Source of the DNA: an uncultured delta proteobacterium
Lineage (GTDB): Bacteria; Desulfobacterota; Binatia; UBA9968
DNA: 64,000 nt
Assembly (NCBI GenBank): GCA_963767275.1
Contig: CAVYDL010000006.1
Span: 296,379 to 360,378, forward strand
Direction: 5' to 3'
In this document: positions 18,685 to 29,001 of the stretch, in pieces
How positions within the stretch are numbered: the stretch's first letter is position 1
Layout of the letters: every line of letters starts with the position of its first letter
The notes under the pieces: model-generated
Told to the model about the DNA's origin: nothing
Database searches by the model: none
The model's input: the letters and a program-made list of their open reading frames with translations, nothing else
Translations under genes and position numbers: made by a program

Positions 18685-20217
18685 ATGTTTAAGCGAATCC
18701 TCATCGCCAATCGCGGCGAGATCGCCGTGCGCATCGCGCGGGCTTGCCGCGAACTCGATATCGAATCCATCGCGGTCTATTCGGACGCCGACCGCGAGTC
18801 GCTGCACGTCAAATACGCCGATTACGCCTATGCGATTGGTCCGGCGCCGTCTGCGCAGAGTTATTTGGTCATCGATCGGATAATCGACGTCTGCAAGAAA
18901 AGCGGCGCCGAAGCGGTGCATCCGGGTTACGGCTTCTTGGCGGAGAATGCCAAGTTCGCCCAACGCTGCAAAGACGAAGGCATCGTCTTCATCGGCCCTT
19001 CGCCCGAAGTCATCGATCAGATGGGCGACAAAGTTAAAGCCCGCCAGCTCATGAAAGCCGCCGGCGTACCGGTGGTGCCCGGGTCCGACGGCATTCTTAC
19101 TTCCGAAGAGGAAGTGCAGCAGACCATGGAAATGATCGGTTATCCTTGCATGTTGAAAGCGGTGGCCGGTGGCGGTGGCAAAGGGCTCAGGCTGGTGCGC
19201 TCGCGGCGCGAGGTGTCATCGGCTTATCGTGCCGTCGGTTCCGAAGCCAAGTCGTCCTTCGGCGATCCGCGCCTGTACGTCGAAAAGTTCATCGTCAAGC
19301 CGCGTCATGTCGAGATCCAGGTGCTCGCCGACAGCTATGGCCGGGTGATTCATCTCTACGACCGCGAGTGTTCGATCCAGCGGCGCCACCAGAAAGTCAT
19401 CGAAGAATCGCCCGCGCCGGGGCTGGAAGACCGCACCCGCCGGCGCATCGGCCGGATCGCCATTCAAGGCGCCCGCTCGGTCGGTTACGTCGGCGCCGGA
19501 ACCCTGGAATTTTTGCTCGACAGCGAGCAGAATTTTTATTTTTTGGAAATGAACACTCGCTTGCAAGTCGAGCATGCGGTCACCGAGCGGGTGGTCGGCA
19601 TCGATTTGGTCAAAGCGCAGATCGAAATCGCCGCCGGCGGTTATTTGCCGTGGCGTCAACGCCATATTACGCAGACCGGCCATGCCATTGAATGCCGGAT
19701 TTATGCCGAAGATCCCGAGCGTGACTTCATGCCGTGCCCCGGCCGGATCGAAGGCTTGCGACTGCCCGAAGGGCTCGGCTTGAGAAACGATAACGGCGTC
19801 TACGAAGGCGCCGAGGTGCCCATCTACTACGATCCGATGATCGCCAAGTTGATTGTATGGGGCGAGAATCGCGTCGAGGCGATTCTGCGTATGCGCCGGG
19901 CATTACGCGAGTACCAGGTGCGCGGCATCAAGACCAATATTTCATTTCATCAATGGATCTTGCGCCATCCCCGTTTCATGTCCGGCGACGTCAATACCGG
20001 ATTTATCGAGGAAGAATTTAAACCCAAGGCCAACGAAGAAGTCTATCCGCACAAGGAGATCGCGCTCGCCTCGGCAGCTATCGCGGCGCTGCACGGTGAA
20101 CATGAACGAACCATCGGCCTGCTTGCCAAAGGCGCAGCCGAGCCGTCCAAATGGCGCCAGCAGCGCGCGGCATTGCGCCGTCCGGCCGCGCCCGGCAATC
20201 GCGGCTGGCGCCGCTAA
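18685..20217 (+). CDS. accC: Biotin carboxylase subunit of acetyl/propionyl-CoA carboxylase
   Basis: 510 aa with an ATP-grasp biotin carboxylase (MFKRILIANRGEIAVRI, GYPCMLKAVAGGGGKG, EMNTRLQVEH). It ends after the BC C-terminal domain with no fused BCCP. Confidence 0.9.
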   Translation: MFKRILIANRGEIAVRIARACRELDIESIAVYSDADRESLHVKYADYAYAIGPAPSAQSYLVIDRIIDVCKKSGAEAVHPGYGFLAENAKFAQRCKDEGIVFIGPSPEVIDQMGDKVKARQLMKAAGVPVVPGSDGILTSEEEVQQTMEMIGYPCMLKAVAGGGGKGLRLVRSRREVSSAYRAVGSEAKSSFGDPRLYVEKFIVKPRHVEIQVLADSYGRVIHLYDRECSIQRRHQKVIEESPAPGLEDRTRRRIGRIAIQGARSVGYVGAGTLEFLLDSEQNFYFLEMNTRLQVEHAVTERVVGIDLVKAQIEIAAGGYLPWRQRHITQTGHAIECRIYAEDPERDFMPCPGRIEGLRLPEGLGLRNDNGVYEGAEVPIYYDPMIAKLIVWGENRVEAILRMRRALREYQVRGIKTNISFHQWILRHPRFMSGDVNTGFIEEEFKPKANEEVYPHKEIALASAAIAALHGEHERTIGLLAKGAAEPSKWRQQRAALRRPAAPGNRGWRR

Positions 20218-20228
20218 AAGATATCCCC

Positions 20229-20732
20229 ATGGCGTTTGTCGGAAAACTTGGCGATCAAACTTTCACCGTGGACATCGAGGAAACGGCTCCCTCGGTTTAC
20301 CGGGTTTCGGTGGACGGTAATGAATTCATCGTCGATGGCAAGAAGACCGGCCGGACCAATTATTCGCTGATCGTCGACAATCGTTCCTTCGAGATCGAAG
20401 TCGACAACACCGACGATGACTACCGGGTGCTGGTCGATGGGCGCAATTACCACGTCAACCTGGTCGATGAGCGACGTGTGCGCGTCGGCGGGGCTCAGGG
20501 CGGCCTTGAGCTCCAGGGACGTCAGAAGGTTGTCGTGCCGATGCCGGGGAAAATTCTCGCGGTCCTAGTTTCCGACGGCGACCAGGTTGAAAAGGGCCAG
20601 GGGTTGGTGATCGTCGAAGCGATGAAGATGGAAAACGAAGTGCATAGCCCAATCGCCGGCGAAGTCAAAGAGATCAAAGTAAAGCCGGGCGACACCGTCG
20701 AGAGCGGCGCCTTGTTGTTGATCGTCGAGTAG
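20229..20732 (+). CDS. Biotin carboxyl carrier protein (biotinyl domain with EAMKM motif)
   Basis: ORF 20151..20732. The ATG at 20229 follows the accC stop. The C-terminal biotinyl domain has the AMKM lysine (VIVEAMKMENEVHSP). No clear SD, so the start is uncertain. Confidence 0.75.
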   Translation: MAFVGKLGDQTFTVDIEETAPSVYRVSVDGNEFIVDGKKTGRTNYSLIVDNRSFEIEVDNTDDDYRVLVDGRNYHVNLVDERRVRVGGAQGGLELQGRQKVVVPMPGKILAVLVSDGDQVEKGQGLVIVEAMKMENEVHSPIAGEVKEIKVKPGDTVESGALLLIVE

Positions 20733-20802
20733 ACACAAATTAATCAAGATTTCTAAAGTCGATTGTTGTCAGCCTATTTCTTTCATGTTATAGCAGCGCA
20801 CC

Positions 20803-21354
20803 ATGGTACCGAAAAAATGTTTTTTTACCAAAGGCGTTGGTGTCCATAAAGAAAAGTTGGCGTCCTTCGAGCTGGCATTGCGGCAAGCGGGTCTGGCTTA
20901 TTGCAACTTGGTGCTGGTGTCGAGCATCTTCCCGCCCTACTGCAAGCGACTTTCCAGGGAAGAGGGCGCCAAGCTACTCCGTCCAGGGGAGGTTGTGTTC
21001 AGTGTCTACGACCGGGAGAGCACCAATGAGCCGAACCGTTTGGTGGCGGCCTCGGTGGGTGTGGCGATTCCATCGGATGAGAGCCAATACGGTTACCTGT
21101 CGGAGCACCATTCATTCGGCGAGACAGACGAAAAGGCCGGCGATTACGCCGAGGATCTCGCCGCCAGCATGTTAGCGACCACTCTCGGCATCGAGTTCAA
21201 TCCCGATACCGCCTGGGACGAGCGCGAGCAGCTGTTCAAAATGTCCGAAAAAATCGTTCGTACTTCCAACATCACCCAGTCCGCCATCGGCAACAAAGAC
21301 GGCCTATGGACTACGGTGTTTGCCGCCTGCGCGTTTATCAACGACGATAACTAG
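20803..21354 (+). CDS. pdaD: Pyruvoyl-dependent arginine decarboxylase
   Basis: 183 aa. The hallmark self-cleavage region [10 protein letters not shown] is present (Ser-Ser cleavage generates the pyruvoyl group). The N-terminal FFTKGVG block is also present. The size matches PdaD. Confidence 0.8.
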   Translation: MVPKKCFFTKGVGVHKEKLASFELALRQAGLAYCNLVLVSSIFPPYCKRLSREEGAKLLRPGEVVFSVYDRESTNEPNRLVAASVGVAIPSDESQYGYLSEHHSFGETDEKAGDYAEDLAASMLATTLGIEFNPDTAWDEREQLFKMSEKIVRTSNITQSAIGNKDGLWTTVFAACAFINDDN

Positions 21355-21375
21355 ATTTTTAGCTTCACAGTGATC

Positions 21376-21410
21376 AGGGGTGTTGCCTTCGGGTGCGCCT
21401 CTTTTTTATT
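21376..21410 (+). terminator. Possible terminator after pdaD (GC-rich stem + TCTTTTTTATTT)
   Basis: A T-rich run follows a GC-rich segment (GGGGTGTTGCCTTCGGGTGCGCC). The stem pairing is imperfect. Confidence 0.35.
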
Positions 21411-21628
21411 TGGGATTCAGGCTTTTGTTGGCCAGCGTGTCGGCTTCCGCTCGTTTGTTTACAGCAAAATTAGCCTTCAACCGCGGCCAGGCAAGCTCCG
21501 TACGCGCTGGGTTCGGACGATTGATTTAGAGGGAAAATCTTTCGCCGCGACAACGAACGCTTGAGCTAGTTCGGATCATGATTCACCCCTTGGTGAAAAT
21601 TTCTTTACAGTAAGCCAAAAATAAATAT

Positions 21629-22402
21629 TCATTGCCCCTCTCGTTCGCGCCGGTGCATGCGGAAGCGCGCCAGGTAGGCGACGGCGATGCTGAGGCCGTA
21701 GAGCAATAGCAGCGGCACCATCAGGAAGATTTGCGAGATCAAATCGGGCGGCGTCAGGATGGCCGCCAAGAGCGCGATGGCGATCAATGCGTAGCGGCTG
21801 TGGCGGATCAAGAAGCGATGGTCGATCAGGCCCACCCGAGCGGTGAAAAAAGCGATCACCGGCAGTTCGAACATGGCGCCGGAGACCAAAAGGAGCCGGG
21901 ACACCGTTGACAGATAGTCGGCGATTTGCAGCATCGGCGCGACGCCGATGACCTCATAACGATGCAGCAAAAAATTCAATCCATGTTGCACGACGACCGC
22001 GTAACTGAAAGCCGCTCCGAGGCAAAAGCACAGTGAACCGGCGAAGACGAAACTGCGCGTATGGCGCTTCTCATGCTCGTACAGGCCGGGGGCGACGAAT
22101 TGCCAACCCTGCCACAAGAGCACCGGTAGAGCGACCACCAGCGCCGCGACGAAGCCGAGTTTCATTCTGGTAAAGAACGCTTCGGTCACCCCGGTGCCGA
22201 TGATTGTCAGCCCTGGAATGTTGAGACGGCGCACTGGCGCGGCGAGTATCGCGAATATGGTGTCGACGAAGTAGAAGCAGGCTGAGAACGCGATGGCGAC
22301 GGCGAGGACCGACTTGATCAGCCGCGAGCGCAATTCTCCCAAGTGCGAGGTAAAGGGCATTTGGACATCGGCGTGATGCCCTTTGCCGTCCGGCGTTGTC
22401 AC
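21629..22402 (-). CDS. tatC: Sec-independent protein translocase subunit TatC
   Basis: 257 aa with six TM helices and the N-terminal TatC motif [14 protein letters not shown]. Its start overlaps the tatA stop (ATGA at 22399-22402), indicating translational coupling. Confidence 0.85.
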   Translation of the reverse strand: MTTPDGKGHHADVQMPFTSHLGELRSRLIKSVLAVAIAFSACFYFVDTIFAILAAPVRRLNIPGLTIIGTGVTEAFFTRMKLGFVAALVVALPVLLWQGWQFVAPGLYEHEKRHTRSFVFAGSLCFCLGAAFSYAVVVQHGLNFLLHRYEVIGVAPMLQIADYLSTVSRLLLVSGAMFELPVIAFFTARVGLIDHRFLIRHSRYALIAIALLAAILTPPDLISQIFLMVPLLLLYGLSIAVAYLARFRMHRREREGQ

Positions 22403-22680
22403 TTTTTCTCGGCGTTGGGATTGACGTCGGTTTGCGGCGCTTCAGCGAATTGCGCAGGAACGGGATCGGGATCGGTCGTCACCGGCTCGGCTGGCGGCGG
22501 CGGCTCGTCGAGATCGGCCTCCACTTTGCGAAATTCATCCTTGAGCTCATCGGTGGCGCGGCGAAACTCGGCCAAACCTTTGCCCAAGGTCTTGGCCAGT
22601 TCCGGCAGCTTCTTGGGTCCGAGAACGATCAAAGCCAGTCCCAAGATCATGAGTAATTCCGGCATGCCGATACCAAACAT
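22399..22680 (-). CDS. tatA: Twin-arginine translocase TatA/TatB-family protein
   Basis: 93 aa. N-terminal TM helix plus amphipathic helix ([35 protein letters not shown]) and an acidic/Pro-rich tail. Confidence 0.8.
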   Translation of the reverse strand: MFGIGMPELLMILGLALIVLGPKKLPELAKTLGKGLAEFRRATDELKDEFRKVEADLDEPPPPAEPVTTDPDPVPAQFAEAPQTDVNPNAEKK

Positions 22681-23002
22681 GCAACTAAGCTAAGCGATTT
22701 CATTCGGCTCCGCAAGATTGCGCGTGGACCACGTTTGTTTGCCGAGCGAGAGCGAATTTCTCGCTGCTCCTGACCGACAACCGCACAGCGCCGCAGCGAA
22801 GAACCCCAAAGAGCATGCGCATTCGGAAAATCAGCGGCAACGAACCCAAAAGCGATGCACGAAGCAGGGTGTGAAACCCGCCCCGGTTGGTTACCAAAGA
22901 AAAATATTAAGAACGTTGTGGTCCCAAGTGAAGCGCGGGATCGCGACCGAATTGCGGCGAAATTGCTTTGCAGCGCCTGGGCGTCGGTGTTAGGTTCTTA
23001 TT

Positions 23003-24028
23003 ATGGCGAAGACGGCGGTGGTAGTCGATAAAGAGTATCTGAAACACCAGCCCGGCGAGTCTCATCCGGAGCGGCCGGAGCGCATCAAAGTGTTGCTCGA
23101 CTTGGCGGGCGGACTCGATCCCGAGAAATTTCAGTTGCTGCCGCCCCAGCCTGCCAAACGCGCCGATCTCATTGCCACCCATGGAGAAGCTCACGTCAAA
23201 CTTATCGAAGCGACGGCGCGGCATAATCGCTACGCCTTGGACGGCGACACCATCACCAGCCGCGATTCGTTTGCTGTTAGTTTATTGGCCGTGGGCGGAT
23301 TCATTGGTCTGCTCGATGCGATCGCTGCTAAAGATTGCCGTAACGGTTTTGCTCTGGTGCGGCCGCCGGGCCATCATGCCCTGCGCAACCATGCCATGGG
23401 GTTTTGTCTGTTCAACACCATGGCGATCGGCGCAGAATATTTGCAGCGCACCTACGGCGCGAAAAAAATTCTCATCATGGATTGGGATGTGCACCACGGC
23501 AACGGCACACAGGATGCTTTCTACGCGGACCCCCGCGTGCTGTTTATTTCCAGCCATCAATATCCCTATTATCCCGGCAGCGGTGCGGCCAACGAAGTCG
23601 GCAGCGGCGCGGGCGAAGGATTTACGGTCAATATTCCGCTGCCCGCCGGTTGTGCCGATCCGGAATACGCCCAGGCGTTTCACGATATCGTCGTACCGGC
23701 GGCGGAAAAATTCGCACCCGATTGGATTCTGGTGTCCGCCGGTTTCGATCCGCACCGGCGCGATCCCCTCGGCGGCATGGGGGTGACGGATGGAGGTTTC
23801 GCGCTCATGGCACACCGCTTACTCGGGCTCGCCGACAAATTCACCGACGGCAAAATCGCTTTCCTGCTCGAAGGCGGGTATGATCTCGCCGGTTTGCGCG
23901 GTTCGGTGGCGGCAGTGCTGGCGGCCATGCAATCCGCCGCCGTCCCGGCCGTTGACGCCGCCCAATTGGGTGCCAGTCAGATCGCCCCGCTGATTCGGCA
24001 CATTCGAGAGCTTCATGAGCGTTATTGA
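23003..24028 (+). CDS. Histone-deacetylase-family amidohydrolase (acetoin utilisation AcuC / acetylpolyamine amidohydrolase-like)
   Basis: 341 aa with HDAC-fold signatures (RPPGHHA, DWDVHHGNGTQ, EGGY). Confidence 0.8.
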   Translation: MAKTAVVVDKEYLKHQPGESHPERPERIKVLLDLAGGLDPEKFQLLPPQPAKRADLIATHGEAHVKLIEATARHNRYALDGDTITSRDSFAVSLLAVGGFIGLLDAIAAKDCRNGFALVRPPGHHALRNHAMGFCLFNTMAIGAEYLQRTYGAKKILIMDWDVHHGNGTQDAFYADPRVLFISSHQYPYYPGSGAANEVGSGAGEGFTVNIPLPAGCADPEYAQAFHDIVVPAAEKFAPDWILVSAGFDPHRRDPLGGMGVTDGGFALMAHRLLGLADKFTDGKIAFLLEGGYDLAGLRGSVAAVLAAMQSAAVPAVDAAQLGASQIAPLIRHIRELHERY

Positions 24029-24109
24029 TGACTTGACAGTCCTATTGATTCACCGGTAAGTCTCCTTTATCGTGATGTTTCAAATCCATTAAAGATTGGT
24101 TAGGTATTT

Positions 24110-25360
24110 GTGAACTCAACTGAAGCACGCCGAGTTGTCGTGACGGGTATTGGTCTGGTCACGCCATTGGGTACCGGAGTCGAAAAGAATTGGCAGGCGT
24201 TGATGGCCGGCCGCTCGGGTATCCGCAAGATCAGCCGCTTCAACGCTGATGCGTTTGCCTCGCGTATCGCCGGCGAAGTGCCTGACTTCAAAGCCGAAGA
24301 TTATATCGAAGCGAAAGAGATCAAAAAAATGGATCTCTTCATTCACTACGCGATGGGTGCTTCGGCCCAGGCCATGGCCGACAGCGGTCTTAAAATCGAA
24401 GGCGAGTTCGCCGAGAACGTCGGCGTCATCATCGGCGTCGGCATGAACGGCCTCGATACGCTCGAAGTTACCAAAGAAGCGCTGATGGCCGGCGGGCCCC
24501 GCAAGATATCGCCATTTTTCATTCCCAAAGTCATTTCCAATCTAGCCCCTGGCCATGTGGCGATTCGTTACGGCGCCAAGGGCATCAATTTAACCCCGAC
24601 CTCGGCCTGTGCTTCGGGCACCCATGCGATCGGCGAGGCGTATCATATGATTCGCCGCGGCTTGCAGGATGCGGTGATCGCCGGCGGCGCCGAAGCGGCG
24701 ATCACACCGCTGGGCGTGGGCGGGTTTGCCGCCATGAAAGCGCTGTCGACGCGCAACGACGAGCCCGAGCGCGCCAGCCGGCCCTTCGACAAAGAGCGCG
24801 ACGGCTTCGTCATCGGCGAGGGCTCCGGGATTTTGATCCTCGAAGAACTCCAGCATGCGCTCGAGCGCGGCGCCAAAATCTATGCCGAAGTGCTCGGCTA
24901 CGCGGCTAACGGCGATGCCTATCATATGACCGCGCCGGCGCCAGAGGGCGAAGGAGCGGCGCGCTGCATGCGCTTGGCCTTGAAAGACGCCGGCATTGCG
25001 CCGAGCGACGTCAGTTACATCAATGCCCACGGCACGTCGACGGAATATAACGACGCCAACGAAACCACGGCGATTAAAACCGTTTTCGGCGAAGCCGCGG
25101 CGAAAGTGGCGGTGAGTTCGACCAAGTCGATGACCGGCCATTTGCTCGGCGCCGCCGGCGCGGTGGAGGGCGTCTACTCGGCGCTGGCGCTGCATCACGG
25201 CATGCTGCCGCCGACGATCAACTATGAAAATCCCGATCCAGCTTGCGATCTGGACTATGTTCCCAACCATGCGCGCAAAGCCGACATCAAGATCGTGCTG
25301 TCCAACTCCTTCGGTTTTGGCGGCACCAACGCCTGCGTGATTTTCGGGAGGTGCGCATGA
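24110..25360 (+). CDS. fabF: 3-oxoacyl-ACP synthase II
   Basis: 416 aa. GTG start at 24110. KAS II blocks are present ([14 protein letters not shown], active-site Cys in [24 protein letters not shown]). Its stop overlaps the fabH start (ATGA). Confidence 0.9.
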   Translation: MNSTEARRVVVTGIGLVTPLGTGVEKNWQALMAGRSGIRKISRFNADAFASRIAGEVPDFKAEDYIEAKEIKKMDLFIHYAMGASAQAMADSGLKIEGEFAENVGVIIGVGMNGLDTLEVTKEALMAGGPRKISPFFIPKVISNLAPGHVAIRYGAKGINLTPTSACASGTHAIGEAYHMIRRGLQDAVIAGGAEAAITPLGVGGFAAMKALSTRNDEPERASRPFDKERDGFVIGEGSGILILEELQHALERGAKIYAEVLGYAANGDAYHMTAPAPEGEGAARCMRLALKDAGIAPSDVSYINAHGTSTEYNDANETTAIKTVFGEAAAKVAVSSTKSMTGHLLGAAGAVEGVYSALALHHGMLPPTINYENPDPACDLDYVPNHARKADIKIVLSNSFGFGGTNACVIFGRCA

Positions 25361-26350
25361 GCCGTTCCGAACGCCGCAGCGTGATCCTCGGTACCGGCTC
25401 CGAACTGCCGTCGAAAATAGTCACCAATCATGACTTGGAACAAATCGTCGACACCAGCGACGAGTGGATCACCGTGCGCACGGGCATCAAAGAACGGCGG
25501 ATTCTTGAAGATGGCAAGGGCAATGCCGATATGGCCTATGAAGCCGCCAAGCGCGCTCTCAACGACGCCGCGTCGATGCGCAAGATCTCGATGCCATCAT
25601 CATGGGAACGGTTTCGGCCGATTACCTTTAATCCCAGTTCCGCCTGTGTGCTCGAGGACAAGCTCGGTGCGCGCAATGCGTTTTCCTTTGACGTCGGCGC
25701 CGCCTGTGCCGGCTTTCTCAATGCCCTTGCCGTGGCGCGATTTATTCGTGCGCAGCGGCAAAGATCAATAAGGCTCTGGTGGTCGGCTCCGACGCCCTAA
25801 GCCGCATGCTCAATTGGAAGGATCGCGGCACCTGCATTCTTTTTGGCGACGCCGCTGGCGCGGTGGTGTTGGGCGCGTCCGAAAACGGCTCCGGTGTCTT
25901 GAGCACCAAACTGCGCACCGACGGTTCCTACGTTAAGCAGCTCTACGTTCCCGCCGGCGGTTCGCTCAAACCTCCCGTCGGGAGACGGTGCGCAACAACG
26001 AGCACACGATCACCATGAACGGCAAAGAGGTATTCAAGATCGCCGTGCGTTCCATGGAAGAGATCAGCCGGCAAGCGCTCGACGAAGCCGGTGTCAGCAT
26101 CGATCAAGTGGCTCTGGTGATTCCCCACCAAGCCAACAAACGCATCATCGTTGCGCTGGCCGAACGGCTCGGCGTGCCGATGGACAAAGTCATGATCAAT
26201 GTCGACAAATACGGCAATACGTCGGCGGCATCGATACCGGTCGCCCTCGACGAAGCCAGACGCGCCGGCCGCATCAAGGCCGGCGACATTGTTTTGTTGA
26301 ATGCTTTCGGTGCCGGCTTCGCTTGGGGCGCGGCGGTGGTCAGATTCTGA
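25357..26350 (+). pseudogene. fabH: 3-oxoacyl-ACP synthase III (fabH) interrupted by about four frameshifts
   Basis: The start ATG at 25357 overlaps the fabF stop. FabH sequence is spread over three frames (ORFs 25243..25800, 25779..26018, 25988..26350). There is also an internal excursion at about 25571-25628, where DAQDLDAIIMGTVSADYL is read in another frame. The apparent indels are a missing G near 25570 and a T-run length change at 25627-25629. Confidence 0.75.
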
Positions 26351-26390
26351 ACTTGTTCAAGCCGTTCAAAACGTTCAAGTGGTTCAAGCT
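26351..26390. repeat. GTTCAAG-rich direct-repeat element (4 copies of GTTCAA[G/A] in 40 bp)
   Basis: Read directly after the fabH stop. The same motif family appears at 1511-1541, 1565-1591 and 61591-61600. Confidence 0.4.
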
Positions 26391-26411
26391 GTCTAGGTTT
26401 CTCGCTCACAT

Positions 26412-27763
26412 TCAATTCTTGTTTGCGATACTGCTTTCTACTTCAGCGCGCAGCTTTTTCAGGGCGGGAGAAAAGTCCACCGGATAGCGCGCGGGATTAC
26501 AAATTGCTTTGACGGCTTCCGGCAGGCGCTTAAATTCTTCCAAGAATGCCGAGCGGCTCTCTGCCAAATTCGCCAGTCGCAGCGCTTTTCCTCGATCCAT
26601 TACTTTTCTCAGCAGCGGTTCGGCACCGGCAATATTGTCGGCGCGCAGGCCGATGAGATCGCTGTTAAGATGACCCTCGGCGTCGAGGTGGCGATATACC
26701 TGTTTCTTTGCCGGCCAGGAAATTTTTCCGGTGCTTAGTTTTTGCACGGGCCGTTCGGCGTATTCGACCAGTTTATAAGACATGTCGGTCCACGGTGCAT
26801 CGGCCGAAGTGCCCATCTTGGTGCCGACGCCGTAGCTGTCGAAGGGAACTTGTGCAAGGGAAAAATCGCCAAGATCGAATTCATCCAAGCCGCCGCTGCC
26901 GAGTATTTTGACCTCGCCAAGCCCGGCTTCATCGAGAATCTGCCGCACGGCGCGAGCCTGTGCCGGCAGATCACCGCTGTCGATGCGCACGCCGATGAGT
27001 TTTTCGCCACGACTGGCCATTTCTCCGGCGACGTTGAGCAGCGTTGCGCGCGCCGGCGAGAGTATCGTAGGTGTCGATTAACAGGATCGTCGCGTGCGGA
27101 AAACTTGCGGCGTAGGCGCGAAAGGCGTCGATCTCGCGCTCGAAGGTCGATGACAAACGAGTGCGCCATGGTGCCGACGATCGGCACGCCGTAGTTTTTT
27201 CCGGCCATGACGTTGCTGGTGCCGGTAAAACCGGCGAGATAGCTGGCGCGCGCCACCTTCATGCCGGCGTCGATGCCATGGGTGCGGCGCAGCGCGAAGT
27301 CGACCACCGGCCGCCCGCCCGCGGCATGAACGCATCGGGCGGCTTTGGCGGCGATCAGGCTTTGCAGATGAACTTGATTGATGACGAAGGTCTCGGCGAT
27401 CTGCGCCTGGATCATCGGCGCGGTGATTTCGAGGACCGGTTCGTCCGTGAAAAATATCCGTCCTTCGGGGATCGCCCACACTTCCCCGGTGAATTGGAGA
27501 TCGACCAAGTAATGGAGAAAGTCATCGTTGAAAAGATTCTGCGCCGCGAGATAATCGAGAGCGGCGTTATCGAAGGATAGACTTTGCAGATAATCGAGGA
27601 CGTCGTGAACCCCGGCACAGACGAAATAGCCGCGATTGGGTGGATAACTGCGGATAAATAGACTGAACGTCGCCGTGCCGAGCCGTTGCTCGCGAAAATA
27701 GCCTTGCGCCATGGTGAGCTGGTAGAGGTCGGTGAGCAGTGTGAGATTTTCCTGGTTTGCCAT
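26412..27763 (-). pseudogene. pncB: Nicotinate phosphoribosyltransferase (pncB) interrupted by two frameshifts
   Basis: PncB sequence runs through three minus-strand ORFs: 26735..27763 (N-terminus to MAHSFV), 26971..27156 (FEREIDAFRAYAASFPHATILLIDTYDTLAGARNAAQ) and 26412..27020 (MASRGEKLIGVRIDSGDL... to the C-terminus). The shifts lie near 27160 and 27030. Confidence 0.75.
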
Positions 27764-27906
27764 GGATGGCTTTTGAGCACCTTTGCTCAGTCAGTCAATA
27801 GCCGGTTCGGGTAATCCTGGCAAGCCACTCCGGTTGATTTGTCGAAACCGTTTTGTTAAGAATTTCTGTATAGCTTACGCATAATTACATCCCATAGGAG
27901 GCATCG

Positions 27907-28629
27907 ATGTTTACCGACAAGGTCGATCTCAAGGATTTCGAAAAACAGGATCCTGAATACCAGGATCTGATTCGCCGCGTGCTTGCGATTCAAGCCGATT
28001 GCGAGATCGGTGGCCCGAATCTTTATGTCAAGCATATTTTGCCGACGGCGCCGACCAAGTTGGACCAGCTGATCGTGGCGCGCACGGCTGCCGAAGAGAT
28101 GGACCATTTCCGAAAAATGGCAAAGTTGGCCGGCGATATCGGAGTCGATGTTTCGTATACGCTCAGCCGGACCAATCAGGAACGGTACGTCGAAGCGTTT
28201 CGCGGCGAGATCAAAACCTGGGAAGATTATGCCGTCTTCGGTTTCTTGATCGATCGCGTCGGCCGCTTTCAGCTCGAAGAGTTTCTTGACTGCACCTATG
28301 TGCCGCTCGCCCGCGTGGTCGAGGATCCGGATATCATCCGCGAAGAAGAAGGTCATCTCGACTTCGGCACCAACGCCACCGCCGATTTCGCCGCCAAAGG
28401 CGGCGAGTATAAGGACAGAGTGCAAAAGGCTGTCGACTACTGGTACGTCAAAGGGCTCGACATGTTCGGCAACAGCAAGTCGTACCGTTCCGAACGCTAT
28501 ATGCATTGGGGGCTTAAACGGCGGTCCAATTCAGTGGCGCGCCAGCAGTACAAGGACGAAATCGACGCACTGATCCTAAAGATGGGTCTCACGCTTCCCG
28601 ATCCTAACAAGGGCCGGCTTTATACATAA
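27907..28629 (+). CDS. Ferritin-like diiron protein of the PaaA/PaaC (phenylacetyl-CoA oxygenase) family, short form
   Basis: 240 aa. AGGAGG lies 5 nt before the ATG. Two ExxH diiron motifs are present (AAEEMDHF and IREEEGHLDF). The C-terminal block KMGLTLPDP resembles the PaaA LGMTVPDP block. Confidence 0.55.
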   Translation: MFTDKVDLKDFEKQDPEYQDLIRRVLAIQADCEIGGPNLYVKHILPTAPTKLDQLIVARTAAEEMDHFRKMAKLAGDIGVDVSYTLSRTNQERYVEAFRGEIKTWEDYAVFGFLIDRVGRFQLEEFLDCTYVPLARVVEDPDIIREEEGHLDFGTNATADFAAKGGEYKDRVQKAVDYWYVKGLDMFGNSKSYRSERYMHWGLKRRSNSVARQQYKDEIDALILKMGLTLPDPNKGRLYT

Positions 28630-28691
28630 TTAACACGAGCGTCGCTTTCGCGTTTCACTCGAGACGCATACCGCGACCCGCGAGGAGTGTC

Positions 28692-28883
28692 ATGGAAGCA
28701 GCAGCAAATACCGAAGCGTTGGACCAGCAGTTCAAAGAATTCATTCAAGGCATAAAGAAAGCGGTGGGCGCCGGCATACCGCACCTGAAAGACGATCCAA
28801 AAATCGTCGACCAGGCGATCGCCGACTGCAAGGAAATTCTTGACGTCGTCATAGAAGGCGATGTCAAGCAGTGGCTTTCGTGA
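28692..28883 (+). CDS. Hypothetical small protein (63 aa)
   Basis: GAGGAG lies 4 nt before the ATG at 28692. Acidic, helical-looking, no recognised family. Sits between the PaaA-like gene and etfB. Confidence 0.4.
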   Translation: MEAAANTEALDQQFKEFIQGIKKAVGAGIPHLKDDPKIVDQAIADCKEILDVVIEGDVKQWLS

Positions 28884-29001
28884 GCCGCTGAGCGGCAAAA
28901 CTTAAGCGCATCAAATTAGTCTCGCGACCAGAGGCGCCTTGTCCCAAAGGCGCCTTTGTCGTATCTGTAACAGGCGAATTCATGCACGGGAGAGCAAAAC
29001 A

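Noticed and set aside
20151-20228. Extended BCCP start at 20151 overlapping accC by 67 nt
   Set aside because: The extension is Arg/Ala-rich read-through of the accC 3' end in another frame. The ATG at 20229 directly after the accC stop gives a normal BCCP length.
22718-22993. 91-aa ORF in the tatA / HDAC-like divergent intergenic region
   Set aside because: Basic low-complexity translation, no SD. The region is better explained as a divergent promoter spacer.
26351-26390. GTTCAAG direct repeats as a mini-CRISPR array
   Set aside because: Repeat unit only 6-7 nt with irregular 3-6-nt spacing. No cas genes. Far too short for CRISPR.
27078-27580. ORFs 27078..27479 (-) and 27161..27580 (+) as independent genes
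   Set aside because: They are alternative-frame artefacts created by the pncB frameshifts. PncB similarity accounts for the locus.
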